From Raillietiella orientalis (Eukaryota): DNA of 64,000 nucleotides. Made by a program: the position numbers and the translations under genes. The number at the start of each line of letters is the position of its first letter. Within the stretch, counting starts at the first letter, position 1. The stretch is from assembly GCA_036172245.1 (NCBI GenBank), contig JAYWIR010000015.1:2046001-2110000 (forward strand), read 5' to 3'. This document shows, one piece after another, positions 1-13,950 of this stretch. A model generated the notes under the pieces. It searched no databases, had not been told where the DNA came from, and worked only from the letters and a program-made list of their open reading frames with translations.

Positions 1-439
1 CGATGACAGCCAGTGACGAATGGGTCCAAATTTAGCTTCCGTAGGAGAGCGCCCTCATCCACGTCGTCGCGTTTCCTTGACGGGAGAGCACGCAGGGAAG
101 AAAGAAACCCGGACCCAGTCCTCAGGATAGGACGAAAAAAAAATGGAGGTAGTGTTGCCCACGTCTGCCGTCGTTTGGCCGGTGCTTCTGGCCTTGGTCC
201 CGGACTCTTCCCATCCGGGCTCCCCCAAGGGGAGAATAGGAAGGAAGCCGGGTTCCCCCAAGGTCCCGCGCGGAGCGAGGAAGCGATCCAATGGGTGAGA
301 TGGAGAGCCCGCGGGAACCGGAGGCCAGAATGGCGGCCTATGTAGCGGCGCCAAGAGGACAGGGTGGGCGAGCGTCCCACCGAGCCGAGTTGGGAGGAGG
401 AGGAGGAGGCGCGCTTCCGTAAAGCCAGCAGGCTTTACG

Positions 440-790
440 GAAGCGCTAAGCGGCAGGCTTTCTCTGCGCACCAGGTGTGCACCTACGTCTGCTCAGTGCA
501 CGGCAGGTGGTCTGGACGATGGGTGTGTGCAGAGCTTCGAGGCGGACATCACGTGTTCTTCTCTCAAGCTCGCAACGGAAGATGCTGCGGCCGGCAGCGA
601 CCAGTACAGCATACACTTCCTGTCCTCTCCGAAGTTCCACCTCGCTGGTCCGCTCTGATTGCAAGAAGCGGCAGCTGCGCGCCCTCACTTCGACAGCCAG
701 AAACGTTTCTGGGGCAACTGGAGGAGCCTCGTTCGGACGCGCGCCACTAGTTCTTCCCTTCCTCCTTTCGCTCCTCGAAAAATCCCTGGA
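440..790 (+). mobile_element. Decayed L1/Tx1-like ORF2 C-terminus
   Basis: HLRLLSARQVVW resembles zf-RVT HL..C..A..VW; FWGNW near the end. Frameshifted. Confidence 0.3.
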
Positions 791-929
791 TCTGGGGAGA
801 GCTGGGAAAATCGTTTTCCTCCCCGGCTCCTTGGGTGGGAGCTTGTGCCAGGTGTTCCATCTCACGGGATTTTCAGCACCGCGTTTCGGATCCTCAAGAA
901 CGCCCACACTCCCTCACACCCGCCCACAT

Positions 930-1500
930 GCCAGCAAAATCCAAGGAGGCTCCGACGAGGCGAACGAAGTCCAAGGAGCGAGGCTCCTGAGCCGGGAAAG
1001 CTTGGAGGACGCGACATTGTCCAGACGGAGAAGCAAGTCGCGGAGAAGGCGCCCAGCGCAGCGGACGGTCGCCTTCCCGACAGAGGGGAGCTCTGGTGGA
1101 AACGGACGCACGATCTGCAGATTGCCGGAATCCTCGGCCTTCCATCTGTCGTTGATTTGCGCCACCGAAATTTCCATTGCAGATCAACAAGTCAGACGCC
1201 TGCTATTATTAGCATCGGAAAAGGCACTCCTGCATCCACGTTTAATGAGACTGGCACGGAGCCATCCGAAGAATGCGTCCACCGTGATGATGAGCCGCGG
1301 AGTCATCATTCTTCGGGAGGATCTTCCCATCCTGCAGGCTTTTCGCAGATCGATCCGGAGAGACAGGAAGTTTCTTTTGAGCTCGGTGCCACCCGACGGA
1401 GGGGAGGAAGGGAAGCAGGTGGGGACTCACCCCTCGTCCCTGAACGCGCGGTTGAGATCTCTCCCGGATCACGTCTCGAAAATTTGGCCGCCTGTGTTCC
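930..1500 (-). mobile_element. Decayed LINE RT N-terminal fragment
   Basis: KAEDSGNLQIVRPF...GKATVRCAGRLLRDLL resembles the RT motif KGD..L.N.RPI.L...K.....RL. Confidence 0.4.
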
Positions 1501-2299
1501 CTCTTCCGTCGCTCCAAGGAGGAGGGGATGGAGATGTCCAGTCTTGAGTCCATCTTGCGTCAGTACTCGGCAGACGCAGATTCTAAGTTCCGATTCAGAA
1601 TGAGGTCGCAGAAAACATTGAGGACAACAACGTAGCAGCTGCTCCAACAAAGCCATTCGCTGGGATCCTTTTGTCTCCTTCCTTTGGGCACCTCGTTGTC
1701 TTGGGAACTCAAGGGTGGAGGAGAAAGGACGGGAGAAACATTCTGAAAAGACACCTCCCAAAAGAAGGAGAAGTGCCTTTTTGATGCTCTGCTTGCGTTT
1801 CCTGCTTTAGGCGGTTCGCTGGCCACTGGAAATCCCTGCAACTGTCCGTCGGGAGAGCTCATTTCCCGGAAATCCAAGAACAACCAGATCGACTTGAATG
1901 TCCCGAGGAAGCACCGCCATCCATGAGACTGCCTGTAGCAGCAGCCGAGGAGGCCGTTTCTGGGAACTCGAAACGTCAGGGGGAATCTGCTTTGCAGGGC
2001 GATGGGAGGGAAGCAGCGGCGCGTTGTGAAGGAAATCCCTTTGCTCGCGATCGAGCAGGCAGGAATACACCACCCGTGCTGATATGCTTTAGAAAATTAT
2101 CCGAAGACGGAAGAAGCACGGGAGAAGACGCTTGGAAGAGGGAAGATTTGCAGTCTCAACAAGGAACAACTCAGAAGGACAATGACGGTCCACAAACACA
2201 CACAAAACCCTCTCCGTCGCGATCTCCGAGTACGCGAGGTGCCGGACAGCACGCACTCAAAATCTGCTCTCCAGTGTCAACAGAATAGGCGGGGACTTG

Positions 2300-3950
2300 A
2301 CTTCGCAGACGGAGCCGCTTCCTCAACTGCTGGACCGTTTTTCCGAGGTCGCCGGAGCGGCGCCGAGGCATCCCCTCTTCACCTTTACTTTTCTGCACGC
2401 TTGCGATTTCCCTTCCTCTCCCTCTTGCCGTCGTCTTCAGAGACCCCCATCGCCGGAACAGGTTGCCGGCTCGGTCCAAGAAAAAAAAAGTCCCCCGACG
2501 GGAAAGAGAGGCTCATCCATGCGTTTCCAGATGTGCTCCCAGAATCCTTTAGAGCAAAATCCCTCTGCTTTCTTTCGTCTTTCGAAGAGAAGTTGGTCAG
2601 GTTGCTACCATTGTTGTGAGGATGGTTACCTCATCAAGGGGAGGGATTATGAGGACAAGTGCGAGCTCCAAAACGGGCTCCCGAGGATGTCTTTTAGCCA
2701 GAATCTGGACAGGAGGCGGTCTGGCCTGCTTGCTCTTCTTCCGACCCATGCGGAAGCACCACCAACTGCACGCGGAAGGACTAACCAGGGGTCTCCGTTG
2801 CCGCCTCAGCTCAAGCAAGCCGGCGTGATCACGCATCCGGCGGAATGAGGTGCTCATCTTCAGGAAGTTTTCGATCCTAAACCACAGAGGCTTGCAAACT
2901 CCCCCTTTTCGACTTTGAGCTCTGCCTTCAGCGCTCTGGATCTCTCTGAACCTCTCTCTGCCGGAGGAGGAGCTCTGCAACAGGCAGTCAGCGCTCTGTC
3001 AGCACGAGAGGACAGATCAAGGCGGCAAAAAACGCATCGACCCCGAATCCCAGGAGCCGAGGGGGGGAAGAGAGGGACGGGAACGGAGGTCGAGGACGAG
3101 ACAAAAGTATCAGCTAGGAAACTCGGCCTTGCTCTTGGTGCCACCCGCTCCAAAGCTTTCCCTGTTGGTGGCGAGGACGACTCGAAAAGAAGGGAAAGGT
3201 GGAAGGCGTCCTGCCTGCCGAGGTAGCCACTGGAAGGCCAGGGAGCTCCGCCCAGCATCTCGAAGCCCCGATATAACGAGGAGGGAAAGTTCAGGCGCGT
3301 GTGGGGCATTTGGGGTCAATTTCTCGTGGGTTGAGCTCGCATCGTTTCAGCTCGTGTTGGGAAGCGGTTCTGGCAGAGAGGAGAGCACTTTGACCCTGCT
3401 GGTACACTCCGTCCCCTTCCTACCTTTAGGAAAGCGGAGACTTTTAGTTCCCGCTTCCTTCCGGAGGCGCCTCTCCCGGGCGGGAATCCTCCCGATCCAG
3501 CAGGGAGAAAGGGGAGGCAAGCACCATGGAGGAATCAGACGGTGGGTCTCGGACTCCAATCCATGGAAACCAGCAAGAGTGAGCGTTGGGAGACCACCCG
3601 CACCGGGCCAGACGCCGACCCCGTCCACATGCCGAGCCCTCTTCGTAGACTTGGCACGCGGACGAGAGACTCCCTCTCCCTCCCTCTGTTTGTGCGCAGC
3701 CGGACGGCGATCCGCAACGCGGATGCTGTGCTTCTGCAGCACGCCTCCATGCAGTCGCAGATCTTCATGCTATCTCCCGTCATCTTTCCCCGTTCCCGTT
3801 TCCATCTCTTCGAGGCGAACCGCCCAACGAGTGGGGCCGTGTCCGAGCGGATGGGAAAGGGGAAAGGAGGGAGTTTTGCAGGGGTTGTCCGCGAGCGGAA
3901 TTTGGGACGAGCGGGGGGAGGGCTCGGCGTATGCGCGAAGAGCACAAGGT
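2300..3950 (+). mobile_element. Decayed L1/Tx1-like element: ORF1 zinc-knuckle remnant followed by an APE endonuclease remnant
   Basis: CYHCCEDGYLIK near 2605 (degenerate CCHC knuckle). SRTAIRNADAVLL...ERMGKGKG near 3700-3870 resembles the EN end SR.D...GKG.W. Confidence 0.4.
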
Positions 3951-5829
3951 GCAGCTTCTTCTTTCCGCATCTGCTTCTCCGGGCGCGCGCCCTTCCCCTC
4001 GCGGAACTGCGGGAAATGTTCCTCCTCGACCCCTCCCGCTTCCCACGGAGAAGAACGTCATCCTCAGTCACTTGCCAGAGCTACGAGGACACCCCCTGCT
4101 GTTCCCGAAAGAATGGTCAACCCGGCCTCGAGCCTAACTCAAAGTTAATCAGCAACATCATTTCTGTACCGTTTGTTACTCCTGGATAAGTTGATAATGC
4201 TACCAACATTGGTGGGTTTCTGCAGGATATACGTCTGGAATGTGAAAGGGGAGTTGCCTTCTAGAAGTTTGGTAATGTAACGTAAGAGTTCTGCCGACAG
4301 CGTTAGTTGCCTCAGCTTCCCTGCAAAAAAAAAAAATTGAAAAAAGAAGCTCAGCATTACATCACGGATTTCAGGTTCCTCTAGCATCTCTTAGGGCTAG
4401 GCGGGCGCTCCCTCTCCGGGGTGAGAGAAAGAGGGGAGGGAGTCCCCCTACGAGTGACGGCGGCAGTGTGCTTGAGAAAGAAAGCAACGGAGCCCCCTTT
4501 TTTCCCCTGGAGCCCAATGAAGTCTTCCTCCTTCGCAGTCGTTGCCTTCCGCGGTGCTGCTTTGGAATCCCTCCGCGGCGGCGGCACTGGAAATCGCGGC
4601 GGCGGAGACCCTTCTCGCACGAGGAGGAAGGGCGCCATTCGACGAAGCGGGATCGCTGGCCGCAGGTTCCCCGACTGACCGTGAGAAATGCATGGACCCT
4701 TCCGCTGGGAGATGACCATGGAGGGAGGAGAGGGGGCTGGGGGGCGCAAGGATGGTCGGAAAGGCAACCACGCCCTAGATCTAGAGATCTTTTATTCCTG
4801 AGCGACTGGCTTCAATTGAACTCGGCAGACGTCGCGCGCACTCGACCTCCTCACCCACCATGAAGCGCCTCCACCCTACTACTGGACCGATGGAAGGAAC
4901 GGATTGCGGGATGCTCTTCAACTGATCTCAACCACAGATGCAGGAGGAGCACGAAGATCGAAGTTCAACCGCCCGCTGAGAAGCTCAGGAGCACGCGCCA
5001 ACCACTACCGACCATGTGTCCGCGAGAGAGACCGGAACGGCTCACTCGATGACCGATTCTCCTCCCCCTCTGTGGTGGATCGTCGGCTGCAGAAGATATC
5101 CGCAGTCTTCTCGCAGCAACAGCGGATCCATTCGGAAATGACGCTCACCCCCTGCTCACACTCTCTAAGGGGCAGCAGCAACACCCTCTCGGCCAGCAGC
5201 TCGGAAACCCAGCCTCTCGGTGGCAAGCGGTCGGAGGGTTCCGGATATGGTGAGTCCCGGATCAGAGAGAACAAAGGGGAGAATCCTGACGTGGAGTGAA
5301 GTATCGAAAGAGAGGGGGTGGGAGACGCCCCCTCCCTTCCTCCAGGAAAGCAGGGACTTTCAGTTCCCTTTTTCTCCCAGATCGCCTTCTCCCGGTCCAA
5401 CGAGGCGAATCTCGCTGGCCCTTAACACCCCAGGCGGAAGGTGGACGACCGTCGGATCTTGAGGACCATTCTTTGGAAGATCGAAGCGCACGGTAACAAA
5501 GAGCAGGAGGACCCCTCTCCCCCTTCCAAAAAAACGCAAATTCCATCCTCTGATCATCCGGAAGGACGAGGGCACTCGGATTTCGTGATGTGGGAACCAG
5601 AAAATCACACCGAAGACCAGGAAATGAAGGAGGTAGCCTCCGACTCGACGGATCAAGAGGAATGCACATGGGATGCAGATGCGGTGCAGCGGATTTCCTG
5701 CGGCCTGTGATGGAGCAGTATTCCAAGAAAGAAGCTTCGGTTCCTGACCAAATGCCCGTCACTCGGCCTGCCCGTCAGGAACCAATGGATGCGCACCTCG
5801 ATACCACCAGAGGCGCTCGAAAGAAGTAT

Positions 5830-7950
5830 GCGTCCCGCCAAGAAAGAGGGAAAAAGAAAAGTGTCCCTGCATTCGATCTGTGTCTCCCCGTTGAACGTCA
5901 GCTCGCTCAAAAAACTGCTTCCAAACTCTTGAGCGCCTTTGGCGACAATTAGCATCAGATAGTTTGAGAGTTTGATGACAGCAAGGTAATACAGGCATGC
6001 TGCGTTTCGTCTACACAGCTCGCTGCTCCAACAGATCAAACCGGACCGTCCAGACATGAAGGGATGGATAAATCGGCACGCGATCGATTTCCTTTGGTGC
6101 AGAGATTCTACCAGAGCAGCTTTGTTCAGAGCAGTGCGAATGCCCACCACGGTATGCTCTTGGATGTCGATGGATTCCGAGGTCGATAGTTTTTTTAAAA
6201 AAAAGAAGAATCTGGAAGGAGGAGTCTATCCAACCAAGGGGTCGTAAGCTGTTCTTAAACAAAACGGTTCCATGAAGAACTTCCACTGGGGTATCGCCCC
6301 AAGGTGCAAGACGGGATCCGATGCTCAGATCGATCGATCGAATTCACGGAAATGACGTATCGGGATTCAGGAAGAGGAAAAGGGGTTCGGGTGGGAACCT
6401 CGCAAGCACACGAGGATTGCACTTCAGTCGCTAGTGGTCCAGGCGAGATGGATGGAACGAAAGGAGGCAAAGTCAGGGCTTGACGCACTCCGGCACGCGT
6501 CCCTGTGTGGCTCAGGCAAATGTCAGCGGTCCCCTATTCGTTCCGATTTCAACCATTCGCTGCTCTTGCAGAGAACAAGAGCTGCTGCAGCACTGAACAC
6601 GAAAGTGTATGACTTCGGGAGCGGTCTCTCCGGCGACTCAATCGAAAGCAAAGATCGAGGGCGCAGCAGAACTTTCGGACTTGCACACTACGACTAGGGC
6701 CAGAAGACCAATGGGTTGAGCTGTGGGCTTTTCGAAAACAAAACAAGCAAAAGAATCGCGGTTTCTAAAGGAAACAGGGAGTGAGAGAGACCTGGATCCT
6801 CCTGATGAACTTATTTCTCTGAAGGCACTTCCGCTGACAGCATTCGCCAAATACATGCTCTTTTATAATAATAATAAGGCACCATGCTGTAATAAAGTCT
6901 TGTGCAGCATAAGGACCGTCTCGTTTGGATGGACGTAGCCTTCTTCCTATGCCTGAGTGGCTTCTGCGTAGAGCATTGGCACAAGTGATGTTCACCTTTG
7001 TATGCTGACAGCTACTCCTGCAGGAAAGGTTTCTATTGAGTGCAAAAGTGCAAGACTTGCAGTCCCCACACTGTTGTGGAGGGGTTCTGTTATTCGGTTT
7101 GATGTGGCTTCCTTTCGGGATCGTGCAAGACCTTGTGAGTCACAAGATAGGCGAATCAAAAACAAACATCCACACAGAGTTTACCCTGAGGGCGTGTCCT
7201 TTGCTGATGTGCTGTCCCTGTAACAAAGTACGGGGGAAATGCCAGTCTGGTTCATCAGCAAGAGGAAGCGAGTGGTCGGCGGGAGCGCGCCCAGGTTTGG
7301 CACGAGCGGCGGTTGGCTTGTTCTTTCGAGCCTCGGGAGTATCTCAAGCACCTTTTCAACGAGAGGACCAAACGCAGCAAGCGCAAGCTCAAGAACAGCA
7401 AGCACGTGAAAGGTGCGCAAGGCACCTTCAGCGGGCCTTTCGAGTGCCGAAATGCGCCATGTTGCACGCTGAGCGGTCCGTTTCAACTACAGGGCGCAAC
7501 TTGATAAAAGCGAGGAGCCGACCACGAACCGTTGTCACGTTGGTGAGCAGCAGCAGCAGCAGCACGATCGGAAGACAACTCACGCCTTTAGCGAGGCCAT
7601 CCCTGCACCCAGGGACTCGAATTCAGAGATACCTTAAGAAGCCACAGCGGACCGCGGACTTTTATGGAAATGACGTGGGAGCCACGGTCATTTGTTCGGT
7701 AGGCTCCTCGAGACACTGGAAACGCCTCCTGCTTTTCCTGGAGTCGGCGGTAAGCCTCTGCTGCTCCCGTTCGGTGCATACGGTGGGTTCAGGAAACGCT
7801 CACTCGTGATCTTCAAATGCTCGAACGACACAAATGTGACCAAGGATTCCTCTTGTTTTCTTCGGAGGTTCAAAAGCATTGGGAATGACAGAGGAGGAAG
7901 GGGGGAGGAAGAAGCATGATTTTCCTCACGATTTCTTTCTTTTTTTCACG
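5830..7950 (+). mobile_element. Decayed L1/Tx1-like ORF2 (RT to C-terminus)
   Basis: Motifs in the expected order across frameshifts: QKTASKLLSA (K..K.LA.RL), YDFGSGLSGDSIESK (F...SG..IN..K), LPMPEWLLRRALAQVMFTFV (P.....I....F.W), EPREYLKHLF (zf-RVT E..HLF), RSLVIF, then a T-rich tail. Confidence 0.55.
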
Positions 7951-9349
7951 GGAGGAAATGAATTTTTTATAATCTATTGGTAATTGTGGAGATTTCCATT
8001 GGACGTTGAGCATTCGTCTTTTAACATCCACTCGGAAACTGGCAGTTGGAACTCCGTACATGAAAAGCCATGGAATAAAATAAAGATGCTCCGTTTCGCA
8101 TTCCATCTCATCCCAGTTATAAAAACAGAAAACAAAGACACACACACACACTCATCCTTTGAGCACTACTTTTAGAAGGCCAGGATTACGAGACTTCATT
8201 CAAGCTCGCTGCGAGCTTTGTCGTCGTGGTACGTTCTTTACACATCGCCTGCTATTTTCTCAAACGGACACCAAGAGGTGCTCTTCGGGCTTCCGAAAGG
8301 TGCGCTACTGCGAGAAGCAAAGGAGCACGGAAGCTTGCTGCAAGCCTGAAAGTGAATAGGTCGCCCCTACGGGGAAGACGCTGGAAAACCGTCGCAGAAG
8401 AGCATTGGAGAGTTTGTTCAAGAATCTGAAACCCTACTGACGCATCAGCGCCTCTCTGTGCGTTTAGCCAGCAGAGAAGGATTCTCCCTGCTCGATCATT
8501 TCGACCGGCTTTCCACCGGAAGCGACGGACTAGACATCAGCGCGAAGAACAATCGGGAATGAATGCCGGAAAACCGAAGCCTTTGACCTCTGCTCAAACG
8601 AACGCAAACTCAGCTGACGCAACGGTGGGCGACTCGCAGTCCGCCCTGACAAAAGAGTAGCCGACCCACCTATGGGATTCGGGGTGCGCAGTCCCTCAGC
8701 ATAGAGCCTGTTTCGTCGTTGAAGCGAGCCAGGATTCAGGCGAACGACGAACGTAATTCAGGAATAGATTCTCTAGGTGGGCTTATCCTTCCGATCCTAA
8801 ATTTCGACCCTGCTCGCGTCAAAGAGAACTGGACGTCCAGTACAGTACTTATATGTATTGTATTGACAAAACGGTGTGATTTTCCGTTGCAGACAGCACT
8901 GACAGTGCTGCCTCTGCTCATGGGAAACATCACATACATAGTAAGAAAAGAATTCCAATCAAAAAATTATGCATGCGCGTCAACGTACACACATGCGCAT
9001 TCCTGGATAGGCAAACACAAATACATATACACACAGGTGTATTTTGCTCATGTTTACGATGGGCATTCGCTTCGTTCCTTTCAGTTTTGGCAGATGATTC
9101 TTCGGAAAGAACATCAGATCACGATAATACGTATCTTCGAAGTATCTTGCTGTTTACGGACCAAGCGATGCGCATAGCCGTCGGTGCGTCGGCTCGGAAG
9201 GGCTCACCCGTGGTCGGCACAGGAAACGTTGCACTCCAGTGTGCGATGCGATTCTGTTTCTGGCTTCTTTAGCGGGTGCTCACCGCGTATCTTGACGCTG
9301 GAGAAGAGGCGAGAACGAAGGTCGAAGTTTCCGCTACCGAGCCTTCAAG

Positions 9350-9700
9350 CACGCGCACAGGAACACAGGTAGGCCTTCATCGTCTGCCGAGAACAGAACG
9401 GAAATCACATTCCCTGCCTCGGCAAGAAATCGAAGAGTAGGTTGATAGCTGTCTACCCCCACCCCGAGACGGATGGCGATCGCTGCATCCCGTGCTGCGC
9501 GGATCTGGCCCCCATCGCGTACCGTGACGCCTCCTTCTGAAGCAGAAAGTCCCCCGTCCAAGAGGAACGGACAGGTCTCGCGAAATTCGGGGGAATCAGA
9601 AAAGCTCGTGCAAACTGGCCACGGGTCGCCTCCTCAATGAAAATTCTGAATGAGTGATACGAGTGGTTCATCTGAGGAAACAAAGTCAAACTCAGAGGAA
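9350..9700 (-). mobile_element. Short decayed LINE ORF2 fragment
   Basis: SSWTGDFLLQKE / GGVTVRD resembles V.W..+..PK..GG+G+.D. Confidence 0.3.
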
Positions 9701-10149
9701 TGAAGTTTACAGGCAATGGTCATAAAAAGCAGCAGCTTTCCTGTTTTCGGAATTGGGGAGAAGAAAATAGAGCTGCACTGTGGTCAAGTTCTTGTTTGTG
9801 GGTTTCTAAATAGGGATGCAAAGGGCTGTCTATCTTCTCCTCCTCCTCGTCTTTGCTAGTTCAAAGCAGACAATTAGATCGCAACTTCGAGTCTTTCCGG
9901 TCTTCCCATCCTCAATGATACACTTTTAAAATTCCCAGGGAAAAAAGGAGAGAAGGAAAATCCCACTATTCAGGAATCAGGCTTGGATCTTATACTTTCC
10001 TCTACTTGGAGTTTCTCGCACTGATCCGTTGCCAAGGTCTCCGCAGGAAAAGTTCACCCTTAGGAGCGGGCTCCGACTCAGACAGATTCTGTCAATCTCT
10101 TCCCAGTCTCATCATTGAGCACTTAGCACCGACTCAGATGAACGCAGGA

Positions 10150-11700
10150 AAGGCATAACGGATGCTTGCAACGTACCTCGATGGTACCTGAGGCATTTCG
10201 GAAGATGCTGCTGTGCTACGACTCTTTCCTCGACTTGAGCAGCTTTGGACTGGCGTCCAAGAGCCCGACTTGCACTGGAGCATAAGAGTGCGTTCTGGAC
10301 TCCTGGAAACATCGGATAGGAACTCAGGAGGAAGAGAAAAAAAAAGAAGCCTCAAATCAAATCCGGTCCCCGAGTGAGCAGAAAGACCTAAATGGGATGA
10401 CAGGCAGCAGATGCTCTGCATTCTAAAGACGGGCACGAAGGTTCGTTCTCACGTGAGTGCACTTCCCGTGCGGAATCGCATCATCCCCCTGGAGTGCCGA
10501 CGATCTCGGAAAAACAAGGACCTCCACGAACGATGATCTTCGGATCACTTTGGGATTCTCCAAAACGACAGCGTCGTGCAAGGACTGGAAAATTCGAGAA
10601 CAAAGAAGAACAGTCTCGAGCAGATGGCGGGGACGAACAGCGTCGAACGCAGCGGCGACACCAGCCGGAAAGACGGCAGGGCAAACGCGGACTGCGCACT
10701 CGAGCCGCCAGCGGGGGGTGGCGCTCGAGCAGGCGCACGTTGCGCAGCGGCGGAGGAAACCGCCAGAGCTGCCTTCGTCCCTGCTGGTCCCTCGCGGATC
10801 CACCCCTTCGCCTACCACGGCGAAGCTGCGGATACCGGCGCAGGCATCTCGCGGAACGGCCCAGAGCTGCCCCCTCCCGTTTAACGCCACCTAGGGATGC
10901 CGCCCCCCCAGGATGAGTCAACACACCCCAAGAAAAGCGCACAGCAACCCTTCCATTCCCTGTAGGCGCGCAAAGGCAGCAGCCGAGGTCTCCGCTACGT
11001 GGTTGGCGGTGGTCGGTCCCACAACTTTCGGATGCCACGACGCCCAGTGTCTGCGCCCGAGGAGTGCGCCGGTGAGCAGACGATCTCGATATCCCCCTGG
11101 ACGTACCAGTGGTGCCCGCCGTTCTCTTGGGAGCTGAGCTGCCCCTCCGGCGGCCACACTCAGGTTTCCGCGCTGGGACTTTCCTTGCAGTCAACACTGG
11201 CGGCACTGGGTGGCAGGGAACGCGTCCGCGAGCCGCGGAAGTAGGACGGTTGGTCGAACCGCCCTGACTCCTGCTTTTAGATTGCAACTCCCATCCTAGT
11301 GGATGGCAGAGAGGAGTAGTAGCCCTCTTGCAGCTGGAAGGCTCCCTCCTGCAACTTCCGCGGCGGCTGGGCCGCCAGACCGCTGGCGACGCTGAGCAGC
11401 ATCCGAGCAAGAGTCGCGCATCGCCAAGCGGTGGAGTAGAGGAAGGGCGTCTGCGTCATGCCGCCCGTGAGGAGGAGGGTAGTCGGATGATGCCACCTCC
11501 GACAGGAAATCAAGGAGGATTCCTTCCGGACTGAGGGAAGGACACACGAAAGACGCGGGAGGGTCACCCTGTGATCTTTCCGCTCCTTCCCACTCCTGTT
11601 AGCCAATCCTGTTGACCCGTGTTATGAGCCATTTTCTTTTCTTTTCATTTGTTTGGTTACTTCTATTGCGTTTTATTACGCCTGACCTCATGTGACCTTG
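10150..11700 (+). mobile_element. Decayed L1/Tx1-like ORF2 (YADD region to 3' UTR)
   Basis: GISEDAAV (YADD-like), ITLGFSK...DWKIREQRRTVSSRWRGRTAS (YLG...W......W..R.LS), HLGMP (GLG+P), and a T-rich 3' region near 11630. Confidence 0.5.
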
Positions 11701-11899
11701 CACAGAGCTGTCGACCTGCTGGTCGGCTCGTTCTGTGCCTTGTATGTACGATGCATGCATTTTTATGTGCGTTTCAGTGTATCGGGATGGGCCCCCCCGG
11801 CGTGACTGGATTGCAAGCCACTGCTTCCGTTCCCCCTCTGAGCTCTCAGCACTCGTAGCAGCTTTCCTCCCGCACCGCCGGATGAGGGAAGCTTCGCCC

Positions 11900-13950
11900 G
11901 GCTCTGGGCGAAGAATTCCTAACTGTGGCGGGCGCAGTGAGCTCTTGGACGTCTCCTTGCCTGCTCGTAGACAGGGATCTCTTCAGGGCACTTCGCCAGT
12001 TCCGGGACCTGCTTCTCCCTGAAGACAATCCGAGGGAGAGCTGCTGATCCACCGTCTCTTGCGGGGAGGGAGCTCCCCTGTGCTCTCCCGCACAGGACAA
12101 GAGCCGAATCATCTGTGATCATCTGCTCCGGAGGCAGATGCGCACGGACCTGCAGGGCGCGACCGCCGTTTCGTCTTCCCCGAATGGAAACGCTCGCTGA
12201 CGGGCAGAGCCGCTCCTCTCGCACCACCCGGTGCTGAGCGCCGCTCATCTGTCTCACCCGCGAGGTCGAGCCGAAAGACAAAGCGAGCCGGTACTGCAAA
12301 CAACATCCGCCTCTCTCGCCGCCACCGACCAGCAAAGGAATGGACTGTTTGAAGTGGGAAACGAAAAAATGGAGGGTCCTGAAGACTCCCGCGATGCGCT
12401 TGGTCTCCTCGCCTTGGTGTCACTTCACGTGACACCGAGGAGGGGGAGCGGCTTGTGCCCCCGCCCTCACCCTCAGCACCTTCATCTTCGCCTTGTTCGA
12501 ACCCCCCACCCGTCAGGGGAGACGTTTGCTCCGCGACGGTCCCACAGGAGCATCCCCTTCGTCTTCTTAAGCGCGGAGAAGCCGTAAGGAAGAGAGGCGC
12601 GTGGGATTCCGAAGGAGCAGACCGTTTCCCCACCCCACTCCCCTCTCAGTCTTATCCCAGGCTGTACCTGGATCAAGAGCAGGGACGTCGGTGGAACTCA
12701 CTCGAAATGGAGACGAGATGGAGGGGGAGGGGGTAACAGAAAGGGAGGTGGCAGAAGAGCGCCAGGCAGGCTGGATCCCGCCTCTCGGAGATGGGTTGGC
12801 CACGCAGAAGCGAAAGTGGAGGCGGTGGCGAGCAGACGATTTGCTGGGAAGCGGCGGCCCGCTGCGACAAAGCGCACTGCCTTGCGGGAGCGCCGGCCGC
12901 TTGTACTCGCTCGGGTGGAGGGGAAGGGGGGGGGCAGGGAAGGAGCAAGGGCCCATCGCTGCCCACCTTACCTTGGAACCGGAGAGCCGGCGCATGCGAG
13001 ATCGGGCCCTCTATCAAGGAGATTCCCTTTTGAGAAACGTTCTGCGACCGCAGCACATCCGCCAGCAGATCGACCTCGTTCAGCTGGGGTAGGACTCGAC
13101 TCCAGCCGCCCACTGGAAAGAAGACACCCCGTGATACACATTCCGGGACAGGAGGGTAGAGGTCACTCATGATACGCGATGCGATGCAGCTACTCCTCAA
13201 GACGAGAAGACTCCTCCCCAGTGCAAGGTTCCCTCCCGCCTGCGCCCATCTCCTCGTCGCCAGCGGGCGCCCAGCCTGTCCGGCCGCTCAGGAGGCGCTC
13301 CTCGAGGGAAGCGGAGAGGCACCGGCCTTGCTTCCGGGAGCTCCTGCTCGCCTCCTCATCATCCACCGCACCCCCGAAGACTATCCCTCGCTACTCTCGA
13401 TCCGCCTCCCATCCGTGGAGCCAGCGGCAGCGGGACCACCTTGTGCCTCCCCCGCGGCGCTGATCCGCAGGGAGATCAGCGCAGCGGTTTTTTTTTTTTT
13501 TTTCTAACGTGGGTCTCCCTTTTTATTCGGAATCCTGGACTGAACTGGGATGTCACAAGGACAGCGATCCTTACGCTAGGTATCCTTGCCAGCACAGCTC
13601 CTTCGGTTTCGCACCGCTCCCAAGCAAAGCTGTTCCAGGAAGGCCTGCATCTCTTCTTCATTGCCTTACTGTTCCAGCAGTAAGGCAATGCAGGAACTGC
13701 TGGAACAGCAAGCGGATCGCTGTTATTCCTTCCATCTCATAGGCTTCGCCGGAGGCGTAGTGCAGCTTGCGAAGCTCTGCAATTTTTTAATTTCCTCGGA
13801 GCTGCTTTCTTTGAGCTTGGGCTTGGTCCGCAGGAATGCCGAGAAAACACCTCTCGGGCCTTTTTCCGGCGCAGCAGCCATTTCGTGGTGCTGATCCGTC
13901 TCTTCACCGCCCAAAGCGCGCTCCTCACCCTCATCTGGAAGCGAGTAGGG
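11900..13950 (-). mobile_element. Decayed LINE (ORF1 end, endonuclease, linker)
   Basis: SDLYPPVPECVSRGVFFPVGG resembles EN +YAP....R..FF...GGDFN. Confidence 0.4.

Noticed and set aside
477..1603. Long ORFs such as 477-1547 and 659-1603 (also 3129-4148, 10481-11410, 37066-37956) as genes
   Set aside because: R/S/P/G-rich, overlapping in several frames and with no coherent domain. This is expected in GC-rich DNA, and most overlie TE debris.
4145..4335. Strong minus-strand acceptor (T-run + GCAG at 4321) with an open phase-1 frame as the next exon of the 38.6 kb gene
   Set aside because: The pyrimidine tract is just one of many A homopolymers, the peptide is unrecognisable, and the + strand reads IYVWNVKG like a LINE endonuclease start.
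10177..10302. 126-nt phase 1-1 minus-strand exon candidate (TTTCCAG ... GAG|GTACGT)
   Set aside because: It lies antisense to a LINE RT remnant and encodes nothing recognisable. Exonisation cannot be excluded without RNA-seq.
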